Assembly: GCA_004553575.1 (NCBI GenBank)
Contig: SFLA01000002.1
Location: forward strand, 474-64,473
Length of the DNA: 64,000 bases
Source of the DNA: Clostridiales bacterium
GTDB taxonomy: Bacteria; Bacillota; Clostridia; Oscillospirales; CAG-382
Reading direction: 5' to 3'
A model generated the notes under the pieces. The model saw only the letters and a program-made list of their open reading frames with translations. It did no database searches and was not told the origin of the DNA. This document shows positions 43,007 to 53,419 of the stretch, piece by piece (within the stretch, counting starts at the first letter, position 1; each line of letters starts with the position of its first letter). The position numbers were made by a program, and so were the translations under genes.

Positions 43007-44812
43007 GTGACAAAGGAACAGCTTCTTGAAAAGGCGAGGCTGCTGCCCGCTTCGCCGGGTGTATATATAATGCGGTCTGCATCCGGCAAGGTTATCTATG
43101 TCGGTAAGTCAAAAGCGCTCTGCAACCGTGTCAGCTCGTATTTTTCACAGCCTCATACGGGGAAGACCGCCCGGCTGGTCGCTGCGGTTAACGATTTCGA
43201 GGTTTATCACACAGGCACCGAGCTCGAAGCGCTGCTGCTCGAAAACCAGTTTATCAAGCAGTATATGCCCCGTTATAATATCAAGCTGAAGGATTCAAGC
43301 GGATATCCGTATATCCGGATTTCCGACGGCGATTACCCCGATCTAAGCATCGTCTACCGGCGTGAGAACGGAAAATCCAGATATTTCGGTCCGTTTTCAT
43401 CGTATACCGTCGCGCGCGGAATTGCCGATACCGCCCGCCGCACCTTCGGACTCCCGACCTGCGGGCGGGTGTTCCCGCGGGATATAGGCAAGGGGCGTCC
43501 CTGCCTTAACGCTCAGATCGGTATTTGCTCCGCTCCCTGCATAAAAGACCATATAAGCGCGGAGGAATACCGGTCGCTGTACGACTCGGCGGCGAGACTG
43601 CTGGGCGGCGATTATGCCGCGGTAACCGAATCGCTTACCGCAAAAATGGAATCTCTTTCGGACAGGCTGCTGTTCGAGGACGCCGCGCGCTGCCGCGACT
43701 GTATAAATGCCGTGAAAAAGCTGGGCGAAAAGCAGCATATTGTCGGAAGTCCGTCGCTCGAGGGCGATTTTATAGGCGTCTACCGCGACGATCTCGGCAG
43801 TGCCGTTAACCTGTTCTTTGTGCGCCGCGGCGCCATTGCAGACCGTGAGTGCCTGTTCTTCGGAGCCGACGAGATTATCGATTCCGCATCGCTCGTGTCG
43901 CTGTTTCAGCGGCTGTATACGCTTCGCGGGTTCGTTCCGGCAAAGATATATACCCGTTTTCCCATATCCGACGGCGACAGGGAACTGTTTTCTCACTGGG
44001 CAAATGAATATCTTTCGGTCAAGGCGGAGATAGTATTGCCGCAGCGCGGAGAAAAAAAGGAGCTTGCCGCCCGCGCCGAGGACAACGCTCAGCAGCTTCT
44101 GCTGCACCGCCGGAAGAGCGAGGAAAGGGACGGAAGAATACTAACGTCGCTCGCCTCACTGCTTTGTATCGAAACCGTTCCGCGCCGCATAGAGGCGCTT
44201 GACATATCGAATTCCGGCGACGAATTCATAACCGCCGGGCTTACCGTTATCGAAAACGGGAGGTTCGCAAAAAGACAGTACCGGAGCTTTAATATCCGGT
44301 TCGAGGGTCAGAACGACTGCGCCGCCGTGCGCGAGGCTGTCGACAGAAGGTTTTCCCACCCGGAGTGGGAGAATCCCGACCTTCTGCTTATAGACGGCGG
44401 CGATATACAGACTTCGGCGGCAAAGAGCGTTATTGCAGATAAGGGACTTGACATACCGGTGTTCGGTATGGTAAAAGACGAGCATCACAAAACCCGTTCG
44501 CTTACCGACGGCGAGCATGAGATCGGGCTGACCAAGCGTCAGGATCTGTTTGTATTCATTTACCGCATACAGGAAGAGGTTCATCGCTTCGCGCTGAGCC
44601 GCATGGACGCCCGCAGAAGGAAATCCGTAAGCAAGAGCTCGCTTACCGCCATAAAAGGCGTCGGCGATCAGACGGCGCTCCGTCTTATCGAGCATTTCGG
44701 AAGCTACAAGGCCGTATCCGAGGCGGATATCGGTTCGCTTATGCGTGTAAAGGGCATGAAAATGCAAACAGCCGAAGCGATACGAAAGCATTTTGAAGGA
44801 GAAAAGCAATGA
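43007..44812 (+). CDS. uvrC: excinuclease ABC subunit C
   Basis: GTG 43007 follows GGGAGGTG. GIY-YIG (PGVYIM..GKVIYVGKS), UVR domain, C-terminal HhH2. Confidence 0.92.
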   Translation: MTKEQLLEKARLLPASPGVYIMRSASGKVIYVGKSKALCNRVSSYFSQPHTGKTARLVAAVNDFEVYHTGTELEALLLENQFIKQYMPRYNIKLKDSSGYPYIRISDGDYPDLSIVYRRENGKSRYFGPFSSYTVARGIADTARRTFGLPTCGRVFPRDIGKGRPCLNAQIGICSAPCIKDHISAEEYRSLYDSAARLLGGDYAAVTESLTAKMESLSDRLLFEDAARCRDCINAVKKLGEKQHIVGSPSLEGDFIGVYRDDLGSAVNLFFVRRGAIADRECLFFGADEIIDSASLVSLFQRLYTLRGFVPAKIYTRFPISDGDRELFSHWANEYLSVKAEIVLPQRGEKKELAARAEDNAQQLLLHRRKSEERDGRILTSLASLLCIETVPRRIEALDISNSGDEFITAGLTVIENGRFAKRQYRSFNIRFEGQNDCAAVREAVDRRFSHPEWENPDLLLIDGGDIQTSAAKSVIADKGLDIPVFGMVKDEHHKTRSLTDGEHEIGLTKRQDLFVFIYRIQEEVHRFALSRMDARRRKSVSKSSLTAIKGVGDQTALRLIEHFGSYKAVSEADIGSLMRVKGMKMQTAEAIRKHFEGEKQ

Positions 44813-45354
44813 GGATTATTACGGGAAAGGCGCGCGGCGCCAGACTGATTTCGCTCCCCGGCGACGAGACCCGCCCCACCGCCGAAAAGGTAAAAGAAGG
44901 AGTCTTTTCGGCAATACAGTTCGATATAGGCGGGCGGACCGTGCTGGATCTGTTCGGGGGCAGCGGACAGCTTGCGCTGGAGGCGCTTTCACGCGGAGCG
45001 GATTCGGCGGTTATCGTGGATTCGTCGCGTCAGGCAGCGGACATTATCCGGCGAAACGCGGCGAATACCGGGCTTATACCGGATTGCCGTATCGTCTGTG
45101 CCGACTGGAAGGAATATATAAAATCCGCGTCCGGAAAGCAGAAGTTTTCGCTTATCTTTCTCGACCCTCCGTATAAAGCGGGCTTTATAGACGAGGTGCT
45201 TAAGCGTCTGCTTGCCGCCGGTCTTGCGGACGACGGCGCGATTATTGTTTCGGAATCCGCTATCGACGGTGTTCCGGAGCCCATACCCGGCTATACGGGC
45301 AAGGTGTACCGCTACGGAAAGACCTGCGTAACGGTTATGAGGGCACAGCAGTGA
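44809..45354 (+). CDS. rsmD: 16S rRNA (guanine966-N2)-methyltransferase RsmD
   Basis: MRIITGKARG..., DLFGGSGQLALEALSRGA, FLDPPY. Confidence 0.85.
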   Translation: MRIITGKARGARLISLPGDETRPTAEKVKEGVFSAIQFDIGGRTVLDLFGGSGQLALEALSRGADSAVIVDSSRQAADIIRRNAANTGLIPDCRIVCADWKEYIKSASGKQKFSLIFLDPPYKAGFIDEVLKRLLAAGLADDGAIIVSESAIDGVPEPIPGYTGKVYRYGKTCVTVMRAQQ

Positions 45355-45824
45355 CAAAGGCTGTTGTGCCGGGCAGCTTTGATCCGGTAACCTTCGGGCA
45401 TATTGACGTAATAATGCGAGCCCGACGTCTTTACGGCGATGTTACGGTCGGTATTCTGCGCAATTCCGATAAAAAGTATCTGTTTACCGAGAAGCAGCGC
45501 GCCGAGATGCTTGAATATGCACTGCGCGGAACCGGGATACCCGTTATTGTCTGGGACGGCTATCTGTGGCGTCTGTGCACCGAGAGGGGATACGGCAGAA
45601 TAGTAAAGGGCTTACGCGAGGGCGATGCCGATTACGAGCTGCTCCAGGCGCAGTACAATATGCGGCGCGGTGTGAAGACATCGGTGCTTAGGGCGGACGA
45701 AAAATACGGAAGCGTAAGCTCGTCTGAAGTACGGAGACTGCTCGCCGCGGGAGAGGACATTTCCGCGCTTTGCCCGGCGGCGGAAATGGCGAGGGAGTTT
45801 TATGATAAGAATACAAAGCTGTGA
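45351..45824 (+). CDS. coaD: phosphopantetheine adenylyltransferase
   Basis: PGSFDPVTFGHIDV, SSSEVR-type C-terminal motif (VSSSEVRRL). GTG overlaps the rsmD stop. Confidence 0.9.
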   Translation: MTKAVVPGSFDPVTFGHIDVIMRARRLYGDVTVGILRNSDKKYLFTEKQRAEMLEYALRGTGIPVIVWDGYLWRLCTERGYGRIVKGLREGDADYELLQAQYNMRRGVKTSVLRADEKYGSVSSSEVRRLLAAGEDISALCPAAEMAREFYDKNTKL

Positions 45825-47094
45825 TACCGCTTTCGTGCGGGAGCCTCTGGCGAGCCCGTTCGGGTTTAAGGGCGGATATCTGACCGAGCTCTGGCAGGCG
45901 GTGGTAAAAGTAACGGCCGACGGCGTGACCGCCTGCTGTCCCGGCACCCAGAGCGTGCTCTGGTCGGACCCGAAGGTTTTTGCGTCGTTCCCGCCCGAAA
46001 AGGCGGACGAAATAATGTTTTCGGTCACAAAAAGAGCCGCTCAGATGCTTTGCGGTCAGTCGTTTTCAAGACCGGACGAGCTTATTCCGCAGCTTCTGCC
46101 GGATCTTAAGGAATACGCGAGGTCGCTCACAGGGTTCGCTGTCGCGGACACCTTCATACTTAATTCGCTGGTCGGTCTGGATACGGCGCTTTGGTCGATA
46201 TGGGCAATAATTAACCGGGCGGAATCGTTCGGCGATATAATCCCCGAAGACGTACGTCCCGCAATGAGCTGCAGGCACAGCCGGCTCGCAAAAATACCGC
46301 TTATTTCCTATGCGGTAACCGAGGAGCGTATACGGGCGCTGGTGGATTCCGGCGCCGCACTGCTGAAAATAAAGATCGGAGCGCCCTCCGGAGAGAATCC
46401 GGGAAGCGAAGCTGATATGCGCGGAATGCTGGAGCGCGACTGCAGACGGATTTCGCAGATACACTCCATAGCCCGCAACGCGCAGACCGACCTTACCGAC
46501 GACGGCAAGGTGCGTTATTATCTCGATGCGAACGGCAGGTACGACGGCAAGGAGCGTTTGTGCGCGCTGCTTGAACATATGGACCGTATCGGAGCCGCAG
46601 ACCGTGTATCACTGATAGAAGAACCGTTCGCGCCCGATAATCTGACCGAGGTCGGAGATATACCCTTTGTGCTCAACGCCGACGAATCCGCTCATTCGCT
46701 TGCCGACGTGCGCGCCCGCCTTTCTCTGGGGTACCGCGCCGTTGCGTTAAAGCCGATTGCAAAAACACTTTCGGTTTCGTTTTCGATGATAAAGGCGATA
46801 CACGAAGCCGGCGGTCAGGCGCTTTGTGCCGACCTAACCGTCAACCCGCTGCTTGCCGAATGGAACAAGCAGTTCGCCGCCCGCATATCTCCGCTCGGAG
46901 GCTTCCGCGCCGGTTGCGTCGAAATTAACGGCGACGAGAATTATTTGCGCTGGCGCGGGATGTACTCGATGCTTCCGGACGGCTATGTTCCGGCCGAGGC
47001 GGCGGGAGGCTCCTTCGCGCTGGGCGATGATTTTTACGATAACAGCCGTCTCCTGTTTGGGGTAAACGGCTGCAATAAATACTTCGGAGTGTGA
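45802..47094 (+). CDS. enolase-superfamily (MR/MLE-like) enzyme
   Basis: LLKIKIG, YLDANGRY, LIEEPF and NADES lie in the order and spacing of the KxK / D / E / D(E) barrel ligands. Confidence 0.65.
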   Translation: MIRIQSCDTAFVREPLASPFGFKGGYLTELWQAVVKVTADGVTACCPGTQSVLWSDPKVFASFPPEKADEIMFSVTKRAAQMLCGQSFSRPDELIPQLLPDLKEYARSLTGFAVADTFILNSLVGLDTALWSIWAIINRAESFGDIIPEDVRPAMSCRHSRLAKIPLISYAVTEERIRALVDSGAALLKIKIGAPSGENPGSEADMRGMLERDCRRISQIHSIARNAQTDLTDDGKVRYYLDANGRYDGKERLCALLEHMDRIGAADRVSLIEEPFAPDNLTEVGDIPFVLNADESAHSLADVRARLSLGYRAVALKPIAKTLSVSFSMIKAIHEAGGQALCADLTVNPLLAEWNKQFAARISPLGGFRAGCVEINGDENYLRWRGMYSMLPDGYVPAEAAGGSFALGDDFYDNSRLLFGVNGCNKYFGV

Positions 47095-47097
47095 AAA

Positions 47098-48084
47098 ATG
47101 GAAAAAATTGCGCTTATTATGGGCGAAAGTGCCCGCAATCTCGTTATCGGCCAGCGCTCGCTCGACCGTCTTGCCGGTATAGGCGAGGTAGTTCTCGGTA
47201 CCGGAAGTGACCGCGACAGCGTTAAAAAGGCGATATCCGGAGCCACCATAGCCGTTACCACCTGGGGAAATACGCCTCTCGATGCCGACATTCTTTCCGT
47301 TTGCCCGGATCTTAAGCTCGTCTGCCATGCTGCGGGAAGCGTTAAGCCGATCGTCTGCGACGATATGTGGGACCGCGGCATCCGCGTGACCGCCTCTGCA
47401 GCTATGCTTTCGATGGGCGTGTCCGAGACTGCACTCGGTTTTACCATTGCAGCCTCCAAGAACTTCTTTGCGCTTAACGAAAACCTTCACAGAGGAGGAT
47501 GGGCAGAGGGAAAGGAGAACATACGCGAGCTTTATGAGCTTACCGTCGGAGTTGTCGGCGGCGGCTGGGCCGGACGCCACTATATAGAATTAATGAAGGC
47601 GTTTGACGTCGATATTCTGCTTTACGACCCGTTCGTAACCGAGGAAAAGTGCGCGGAAATGGGCTGCAGAAAGGCGGAGTTCCGCGAGCTGCTTGAAAAA
47701 TCGGATATTATTTCCATACACGCACCGTCCATTCCCGAGACTTATCATATGTTCTCGGCCGATACCCTTCCGCTTATGAAGAAGGACGCCGTGCTTATAA
47801 ACACGGCACGCGGATCGATTATCGACGAAAAGGCGCTGTACGACCATATGTCCGCGGGCAATCTGAAGTACGCCTGCCTCGACGTGTACGACCCCGAGCC
47901 GCCCGCCGTCGATTCGCCGCTGCGCACACTTCCCAATGTTATAATGACCCCTCATCTTGCCGGACTTGCGTCCAACGGACTTAAAAAGATAGGTCAGCAT
48001 GTCTGCGAGGAGATCGAGCGGTTCCTCGCCGGAAAAGAAATGATGTGCGAGGTCACCCGCGATATGCTCGCGAGAATGGCATAA
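47098..48084 (+). CDS. D-isomer-specific 2-hydroxyacid dehydrogenase family protein
   Basis: NAD fold GVVGGGWAGR, LINTARGSIID, TPHLAG. Confidence 0.8.
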   Translation: MEKIALIMGESARNLVIGQRSLDRLAGIGEVVLGTGSDRDSVKKAISGATIAVTTWGNTPLDADILSVCPDLKLVCHAAGSVKPIVCDDMWDRGIRVTASAAMLSMGVSETALGFTIAASKNFFALNENLHRGGWAEGKENIRELYELTVGVVGGGWAGRHYIELMKAFDVDILLYDPFVTEEKCAEMGCRKAEFRELLEKSDIISIHAPSIPETYHMFSADTLPLMKKDAVLINTARGSIIDEKALYDHMSAGNLKYACLDVYDPEPPAVDSPLRTLPNVIMTPHLAGLASNGLKKIGQHVCEEIERFLAGKEMMCEVTRDMLARMA

Positions 48085-48106
48085 AACGCCGAAAACACAA
48101 TAAATT

Positions 48107-48148
48107 ACCGCCCCGGTCTTTGCTTTGCGCGCAGATCGGGGCGGTTTT
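48107..48148 (+). terminator. putative terminator
   Basis: ACCGCCCCG (48107-48115) pairs with CGGGGCGGT (48137-48145), followed by TTT. The loop is long. Confidence 0.5.
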
Positions 48149-48224
48149 CGCATAAGAAAAATGTTTCGACGGTAAAGCTTCTCCTGCCGGTCGGCCGTAG
48201 GGCGGCGCCCGGATTCAAAACGCT

Positions 48225-50261
48225 TTATCCGGGGAATTCTATACAGCCGCAGGAGAGCGCAGGCATTACGAATTCGGCTTTTCCTCCGGAGAACACGGCG
48301 TCGGCGCCGCATACGGTGTAGCTGCCGTCGGGAATATCGCCGGAGCTCACGGTAACCGCCGCGTCTTCCTTTGAGGCGTTAACAATGAACAGCGCTTTGC
48401 CTCCGCCGCGCTTGCGCCACATACCTCCGATAACCGCGTTTTCTTCGCAGATGCGGTTTATCGCCTGGGAATCGGATTCGGTGCGCAGACGCGGAAGCCC
48501 GCACGTTATCACCGGCGGACGGAGCATCGAGGCGGAATCGAAGTATTCCCGCTTATCGGCGCGGAGCTTCACGCAGGATACATAGAAATCGCGGTAGGGG
48601 CATTCGATAAATCTCTTGGGAGGTATCCAGCCCATCTGCTCTCCGTATACGAGGCTCTGCGCAAGGAATATGCGCATGCCGTTGTCGTCGGGGTCGGTAT
48701 CGGCGTTGTAGCACCGTCCGAACAGCGGTATCTGATCCGAATAAACCGCCGGGAATGCGGGAACCTGACGGTCCCTTATCCAGAGCCATGAAAGGTATCC
48801 GCCCATATGCGATATAAAGGGGTCGGCGGTGCATTCGGTCGTAAGCAGGCTGCCCTCGGGGATTTCACGGTACACCCGGTCGAGCAGGGCACGGTAGGAG
48901 CGACACCACCAGTCGCCTCCGCCGCTGCGGTGGGGGTGATTACGGTTGCAGCAGGGATACGGCTGTGCCGCCGCTATCTGATCCATATATACGCCGTCAA
49001 AGCCCTCTTCGTTGATAAGTCTTCCGACCGTGTATGCCATTTTTTCCTGCCAGAGCGCTGTCGAGGGGCACATTATAGCGAGCGATACCTTGCTCCCGTC
49101 CGTTTCCCGCGAGGAATAGGATTCGGTAAAGCAAACGCCGTGGCGGTCCGAGGTTGCGTTCGCCTTTGCGACGGAGGTGAACTCAAAGTCCTCAAGCCCT
49201 CTGTCGCGGGTGTCCCAAAGCCGCCCGTTGATATACGGCATAACCTTTATGCCGGCATCGTGCAGCTTTTTAAGCCCCGTTTTAGCGCAGTCGCGTACGG
49301 GGAAGTAGTGCGGATAATCGTTGTCAAACGGGTTTTGGTGCCACAGATAAAGATGGACCGCGGTGTCGGTGCCGAGTATCTTAGCCGCTTCAATAACCTC
49401 GTCGGCAAACGAATCGTCCTCGCCGATATGCACGAGGAACCAGTGGGGGTTCCGACGGTACCATTCGGGGAGCTTCTCTCTGCCGGGCAGGAATTCCGCG
49501 CGCTCCAGCGCCCATGCGCGGTAAATCATTGCAGCGTCGTACCAGTCTCCGTCGAATATCTGCCATACGCAGTTTCCGCAAAGCTGCTGCGACGTTCCCG
49601 CACGGTCGGGCTCCGCCAGAGGCTGGCTCGCCCGCATGCTCATGTGCCTGTCGCCCGCCTTCTTCAGGAAAGAGAGCCTTTTATAAGCCGGAGCGCCGTC
49701 GTGGAGTCCGTAATATATACCGCGTCCGGTGCGGGAATTCCAGAACGCCATATACTGCATTGAAACGCCGTAGGACGGGTAATTCTGCGCGTTCTGAAGC
49801 CCCGATTTACGCGGAGTGTCGTATACCTCGCCGGAGCCGTAGGGGTAAAAGAATTTTACGTTGTCGCCGGTGTCGAAGGAGAGCACCGGATAATCGCAGG
49901 ATATAAGCGATTTTTTACAGCCGGTGCAGGTTATGGATACCGCCCAGGTGATTCTGTCGGTATCTGCGGCGGCGGTCAGTGTCACGGAAAGCCCCGGCAC
50001 CTTCTCGGAGCCCGAAAGAGATATTACCGTGGTGTTTCCGTTAACCGATACCGACACATCCTTCCAGCCGGAATCGGATTCGATCAATTCGGTGTCGTCC
50101 GATCCGATTTCGGCGGCGGTCAGCGTGAACAGAGGCGAAGAAGCGGTGAGCAGGCTTTTCGAAGTCCTGCGGTCACGAAGGGAATATAGCCTTACTCCCG
50201 ACTTTGTCTTTTCTATTGCGGCGGAAAGACTGCCGGCGGATATCCTGTAAATGTTATCCAT
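48225..50261 (-). CDS. putative glycoside-hydrolase-like protein (DUF6259-like)
   Basis: 678 aa. N-terminal beta-sandwich-like region followed by barrel-like blocks (GIKVMPYINGRLWD, GVYMDQIAA). The family call is from memory only. Confidence 0.55.
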   Translation of the reverse strand: MDNIYRISAGSLSAAIEKTKSGVRLYSLRDRRTSKSLLTASSPLFTLTAAEIGSDDTELIESDSGWKDVSVSVNGNTTVISLSGSEKVPGLSVTLTAAADTDRITWAVSITCTGCKKSLISCDYPVLSFDTGDNVKFFYPYGSGEVYDTPRKSGLQNAQNYPSYGVSMQYMAFWNSRTGRGIYYGLHDGAPAYKRLSFLKKAGDRHMSMRASQPLAEPDRAGTSQQLCGNCVWQIFDGDWYDAAMIYRAWALERAEFLPGREKLPEWYRRNPHWFLVHIGEDDSFADEVIEAAKILGTDTAVHLYLWHQNPFDNDYPHYFPVRDCAKTGLKKLHDAGIKVMPYINGRLWDTRDRGLEDFEFTSVAKANATSDRHGVCFTESYSSRETDGSKVSLAIMCPSTALWQEKMAYTVGRLINEEGFDGVYMDQIAAAQPYPCCNRNHPHRSGGGDWWCRSYRALLDRVYREIPEGSLLTTECTADPFISHMGGYLSWLWIRDRQVPAFPAVYSDQIPLFGRCYNADTDPDDNGMRIFLAQSLVYGEQMGWIPPKRFIECPYRDFYVSCVKLRADKREYFDSASMLRPPVITCGLPRLRTESDSQAINRICEENAVIGGMWRKRGGGKALFIVNASKEDAAVTVSSGDIPDGSYTVCGADAVFSGGKAEFVMPALSCGCIEFPG

Positions 50262-52509
50262 GTTGAACTCCTGTATTCCGGGTTAATATTTCTCTGAGCG
50301 CGCCGAAGCGGCTCGCTTTGACATCGTTGGCGACCATTGCCGATATGCATCTCCGTTTACCGGCAATTATAAGCATTTTTTTGGCGCGGGTGACTGCGGT
50401 ATAAAGCAGATTGCGGGTCATAAGCGGATACGCGCAGTCCCACGCCGGCATAAGCACGACAGGATATTCATTTCCCTGACTTTTATGTACGGTAACCGCA
50501 AAGGCGTGCTCAAGCTCGTCGGTCAGCGCGAAATCGTATTCGGCGGTGCGATCGTCGAATTCGATACGCATTGTCTCGCTCTGCGTGTTTATCGATATTA
50601 TCCTTCCTATGTCTCCGTTAAATATTCCCTGGCCGGTTTCGCTCCCGCGCTCCCAGGTAATATCGTAGTTGTTTTTTGTCTGCATTACCTTATCGCCTTC
50701 GCGGAACAGCACGCTGCCGATACGCTTCTCGCGCTTTTTTCCGTTCTGAGGGTTGAGCCCGTCCTGAAGCACCGCGTTCAGCGTCTGGGTGCCGAGCTCG
50801 CCCTTGCGGGTCGGGGTGAGTATCTGTATGTCGGAAAAACTGTCGATCCCGTAGGTCTTTGGCAGTCTGTCGCGGCACAGGCTGAGTAGTAATGCCTGGA
50901 TTTCCGCCGCGGACTGCCGCTCCATAAAGAAGAAGTCCGAATCTCGCCGGCTCAGCTCCGGTTCTTTGCCCTCGTTTATCGCGTGGGCGTTGGTAACGAT
51001 AAGACTTTTCTGCGCCTGACGGAATATGTGATTCAGTTTTATAACCGGGAACGCTTCGCTTTCGATTATGTCCTTCAGACACTGGCCCGCTCCGACGGGC
51101 GGAAGCTGGTCGGCATCCCCTATAAGCACCAGCGTGCTTCCGGGCTTAACCGCCCGGAGGAGAGAATCCATAAGCAGCAGATCGACCATGGACATCTCGT
51201 CGATAATCACAAACGAGGCGGGCAGAGGATTTCCCTCGTCCCGCCCGAACTTCGGACGGTGCGAGGCGTCGAACTCGGTCTCGAGCAGGCGGTGTATTGT
51301 CTTTGCGTCCGCTCCGCTCGCTTCGCTCATTCGTTTTGCCGCGCGTCCGGTGGGCGCCGCAAGACAGAAGGATATCTTAAGCTCGGTGAGGATATCGGTC
51401 AGAGCCTTTATTACCGTCGTTTTTCCTGTGCCCGGCCCGCCGGTTACCACCGTTATGCCCTCGCTCACACAGCTCTCTATCGCTTCGCGCTGTTCCGGCG
51501 CGTATTCGATACCGTACTGTTTTTCAAGACCTTTTATACAATCCGCTATTCCTTCGTATCTTACCGGGCGCGGCGTGTCCCGCAGCAGCGAAAGCTTTGC
51601 GCAGACATATTTCTCCGCGTCGTAGTATTCTTTAAGGTATACGGTTGTCTGCCCGCCCGAAACCCGTTTTACGAGCGACCCTGTCTCGGCAAGCCGATAT
51701 TCCGCAGTCGCCGCAGTCTCCTTCGGTATGTTAAGCGCGGCTGCAGCCGTGTCGATCAGTTTTTGCTCCGGCAGACAGCAATGACCGCCCGAATATGCGG
51801 CGGAAACGAGCACGTGACGCAGACCCGCTTCGATCCGCTCCGGACTGTCGGCGGGGAATCCGAGCTGCTGGGCGACCCTGTCGGCTTTCTCAAAGCTTAT
51901 TCCCTCGATATCGTCTATAAGCCGGTACGGATCGTTTTGTATTATCGTTACGGCGGCTGCCCCGTAGCGTTTGTATATCCTTACCGATACCGACGGGCCG
52001 AAAAAGCGGGCACAGAACAGCATAACGGAACGCATTCCGAACTGCGCCGCGTAGCTCTCGGATATTTCCTGTGCGCGGCGTGGGCTTATACCCTTAATGT
52101 CACACAGCCATTTCGGGTGGTTTTCCATAACGTCGAAGGCGTCGGTGCCGAACGCTTCGATAATCCTTGCGGCGGTGACCGGTCCTATACCCTTTACCGC
52201 ACCGGAGGAAAGGTATTTGTAAATCGCGTCGGCGTCGGTCGGAAGCTTTTTTTCAAAATATTCGACCTTGAACTGCCGTCCGAAGGAAGGATGCATCTGC
52301 CATACGCCCTGAGCGCGCACGGTTTCGCCCTCGCTGAGGAAGGGCATTATTCCGACGAGGGTGACAAGCTCGCTGCCGCACATCGCCTCGCATACCGTGT
52401 ATCCGTTATCTTCGTTTGAAAACACCACGTTTTCGACCGTTCCTTCGATGGTTATGCTGTCCAATTCCCCGTCACTTCCTTTTGTAAACGCGGCCGTACC
52501 GCTCCGCAA
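50254..52509 (-). CDS. recD2: RecD2-type SF1 DNA helicase
   Basis: 751 aa. N-terminal OB/HhH region. GGPGTGKTT, VIIDEMSMVD, LVLIGDADQLPPVG, C-terminal YAFAVTVHKSQGNEY. An alternative TTG start at 52464 would remove the overlap with the upstream gene. Confidence 0.9.
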   Translation of the reverse strand: MRSGTAAFTKGSDGELDSITIEGTVENVVFSNEDNGYTVCEAMCGSELVTLVGIMPFLSEGETVRAQGVWQMHPSFGRQFKVEYFEKKLPTDADAIYKYLSSGAVKGIGPVTAARIIEAFGTDAFDVMENHPKWLCDIKGISPRRAQEISESYAAQFGMRSVMLFCARFFGPSVSVRIYKRYGAAAVTIIQNDPYRLIDDIEGISFEKADRVAQQLGFPADSPERIEAGLRHVLVSAAYSGGHCCLPEQKLIDTAAAALNIPKETAATAEYRLAETGSLVKRVSGGQTTVYLKEYYDAEKYVCAKLSLLRDTPRPVRYEGIADCIKGLEKQYGIEYAPEQREAIESCVSEGITVVTGGPGTGKTTVIKALTDILTELKISFCLAAPTGRAAKRMSEASGADAKTIHRLLETEFDASHRPKFGRDEGNPLPASFVIIDEMSMVDLLLMDSLLRAVKPGSTLVLIGDADQLPPVGAGQCLKDIIESEAFPVIKLNHIFRQAQKSLIVTNAHAINEGKEPELSRRDSDFFFMERQSAAEIQALLLSLCRDRLPKTYGIDSFSDIQILTPTRKGELGTQTLNAVLQDGLNPQNGKKREKRIGSVLFREGDKVMQTKNNYDITWERGSETGQGIFNGDIGRIISINTQSETMRIEFDDRTAEYDFALTDELEHAFAVTVHKSQGNEYPVVLMPAWDCAYPLMTRNLLYTAVTRAKKMLIIAGKRRCISAMVANDVKASRFGALREILTRNTGVQHG

Positions 52510-52759
52510 GCTGTTCTATCGTTTTGTCTTTTCCCTTTTCGGTAACGCAGACGACTACGACCTTTCCGCGCAGAGTGCCGGATTCGATTTTTCGTAGCGC
52601 GTCCTCCTCGGTTTCGTCCTCGAATGGGATATAAAGATAGGTTCCGGACCGTTCTTCCGGCCGGAAAAGCAGTCTTAAACCGTGAGTAATCGCCCCGACC
52701 ATTCCTACACAGGCGAGAAATGCCGTAAAAACTTCTGCCGCGATACGCATATATTTCAC
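52472..52759 (-). CDS. small membrane-anchored hypothetical protein
   Basis: 95 aa. One N-terminal TM (AAEVFTAFLACVGMVGAI), then an acidic/basic soluble part. No family recognised. Confidence 0.4.
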   Translation of the reverse strand: MKYMRIAAEVFTAFLACVGMVGAITHGLRLLFRPEERSGTYLYIPFEDETEEDALRKIESGTLRGKVVVVCVTEKGKDKTIEQLAERYGRVYKRK

Positions 52760-52885
52760 CTCCCATTATAAATTATACGCGGGTATATTTCAAGTGGTAA
52801 ACAAAATGCGCGCGCACGTTTTTTATGCTTTACTTTTCCTTCGCTCCGTGTTAAAATAAACTGAGTATTTGTATGAGGCACATCA

Positions 52886-53419
52886 ATGAAAAAATATTCC
52901 CTTATTCCTGACCGTATGTTCGACAGCATATACGATATAACCCCGGATCTGCTGAAGGACGAAAAGGTTGAAACGGTTATATTCGATATAGACAACACCA
53001 TTGCTCCGTACAGTATCGACGAGCCGACCGAGCAGATGAGCCGCTATCTGTTTTCCCTTCGTGACAGCGGTATTTCGGTGGCGCTCGCTTCGAATAATCA
53101 CAGCGGACGGATCGATCTGTTTAACCGGAAGCTCGGCTTCTTTGCGGTTAAGAACGCAAAGAAGCCGTCGCGCCGTGCAGTCAGAATGTGTATCGATCGC
53201 TTCGGCGGATCGCCGGATACGACAATCGTAATCGGAGATCAGCTTTTTACCGATTGTCTTTGCGCTCACAGGGCGGGAGTGCGCGCATTTATTGTCGAGC
53301 CGATAGCGCGCAAGGAGGAAAATATGTTTATGAGATTCAAGCGCTGGCTCGAAAAGCCGCATAAAGCGGTTTTCAGAAGGAGGAACAAAAATGGCGGCAT
53401 TGTTCGGACCGGGCGGTAA
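52886..53419 (+). CDS. yqeG: YqeG-family HAD-IIIA phosphatase
   Basis: IFDIDNT, ASNN, KKP, IGDQLFTD. Confidence 0.85.
   Translation: MKKYSLIPDRMFDSIYDITPDLLKDEKVETVIFDIDNTIAPYSIDEPTEQMSRYLFSLRDSGISVALASNNHSGRIDLFNRKLGFFAVKNAKKPSRRAVRMCIDRFGGSPDTTIVIGDQLFTDCLCAHRAGVRAFIVEPIARKEENMFMRFKRWLEKPHKAVFRRRNKNGGIVRTGR

Noticed and set aside
50983-52419. 478-aa plus-strand ORF, with similar long ORFs at 54884..56026 and 56098..57162 on the minus strand
   Set aside because: Antisense to recD2, prmA and ligA respectively. These are shadow ORFs.
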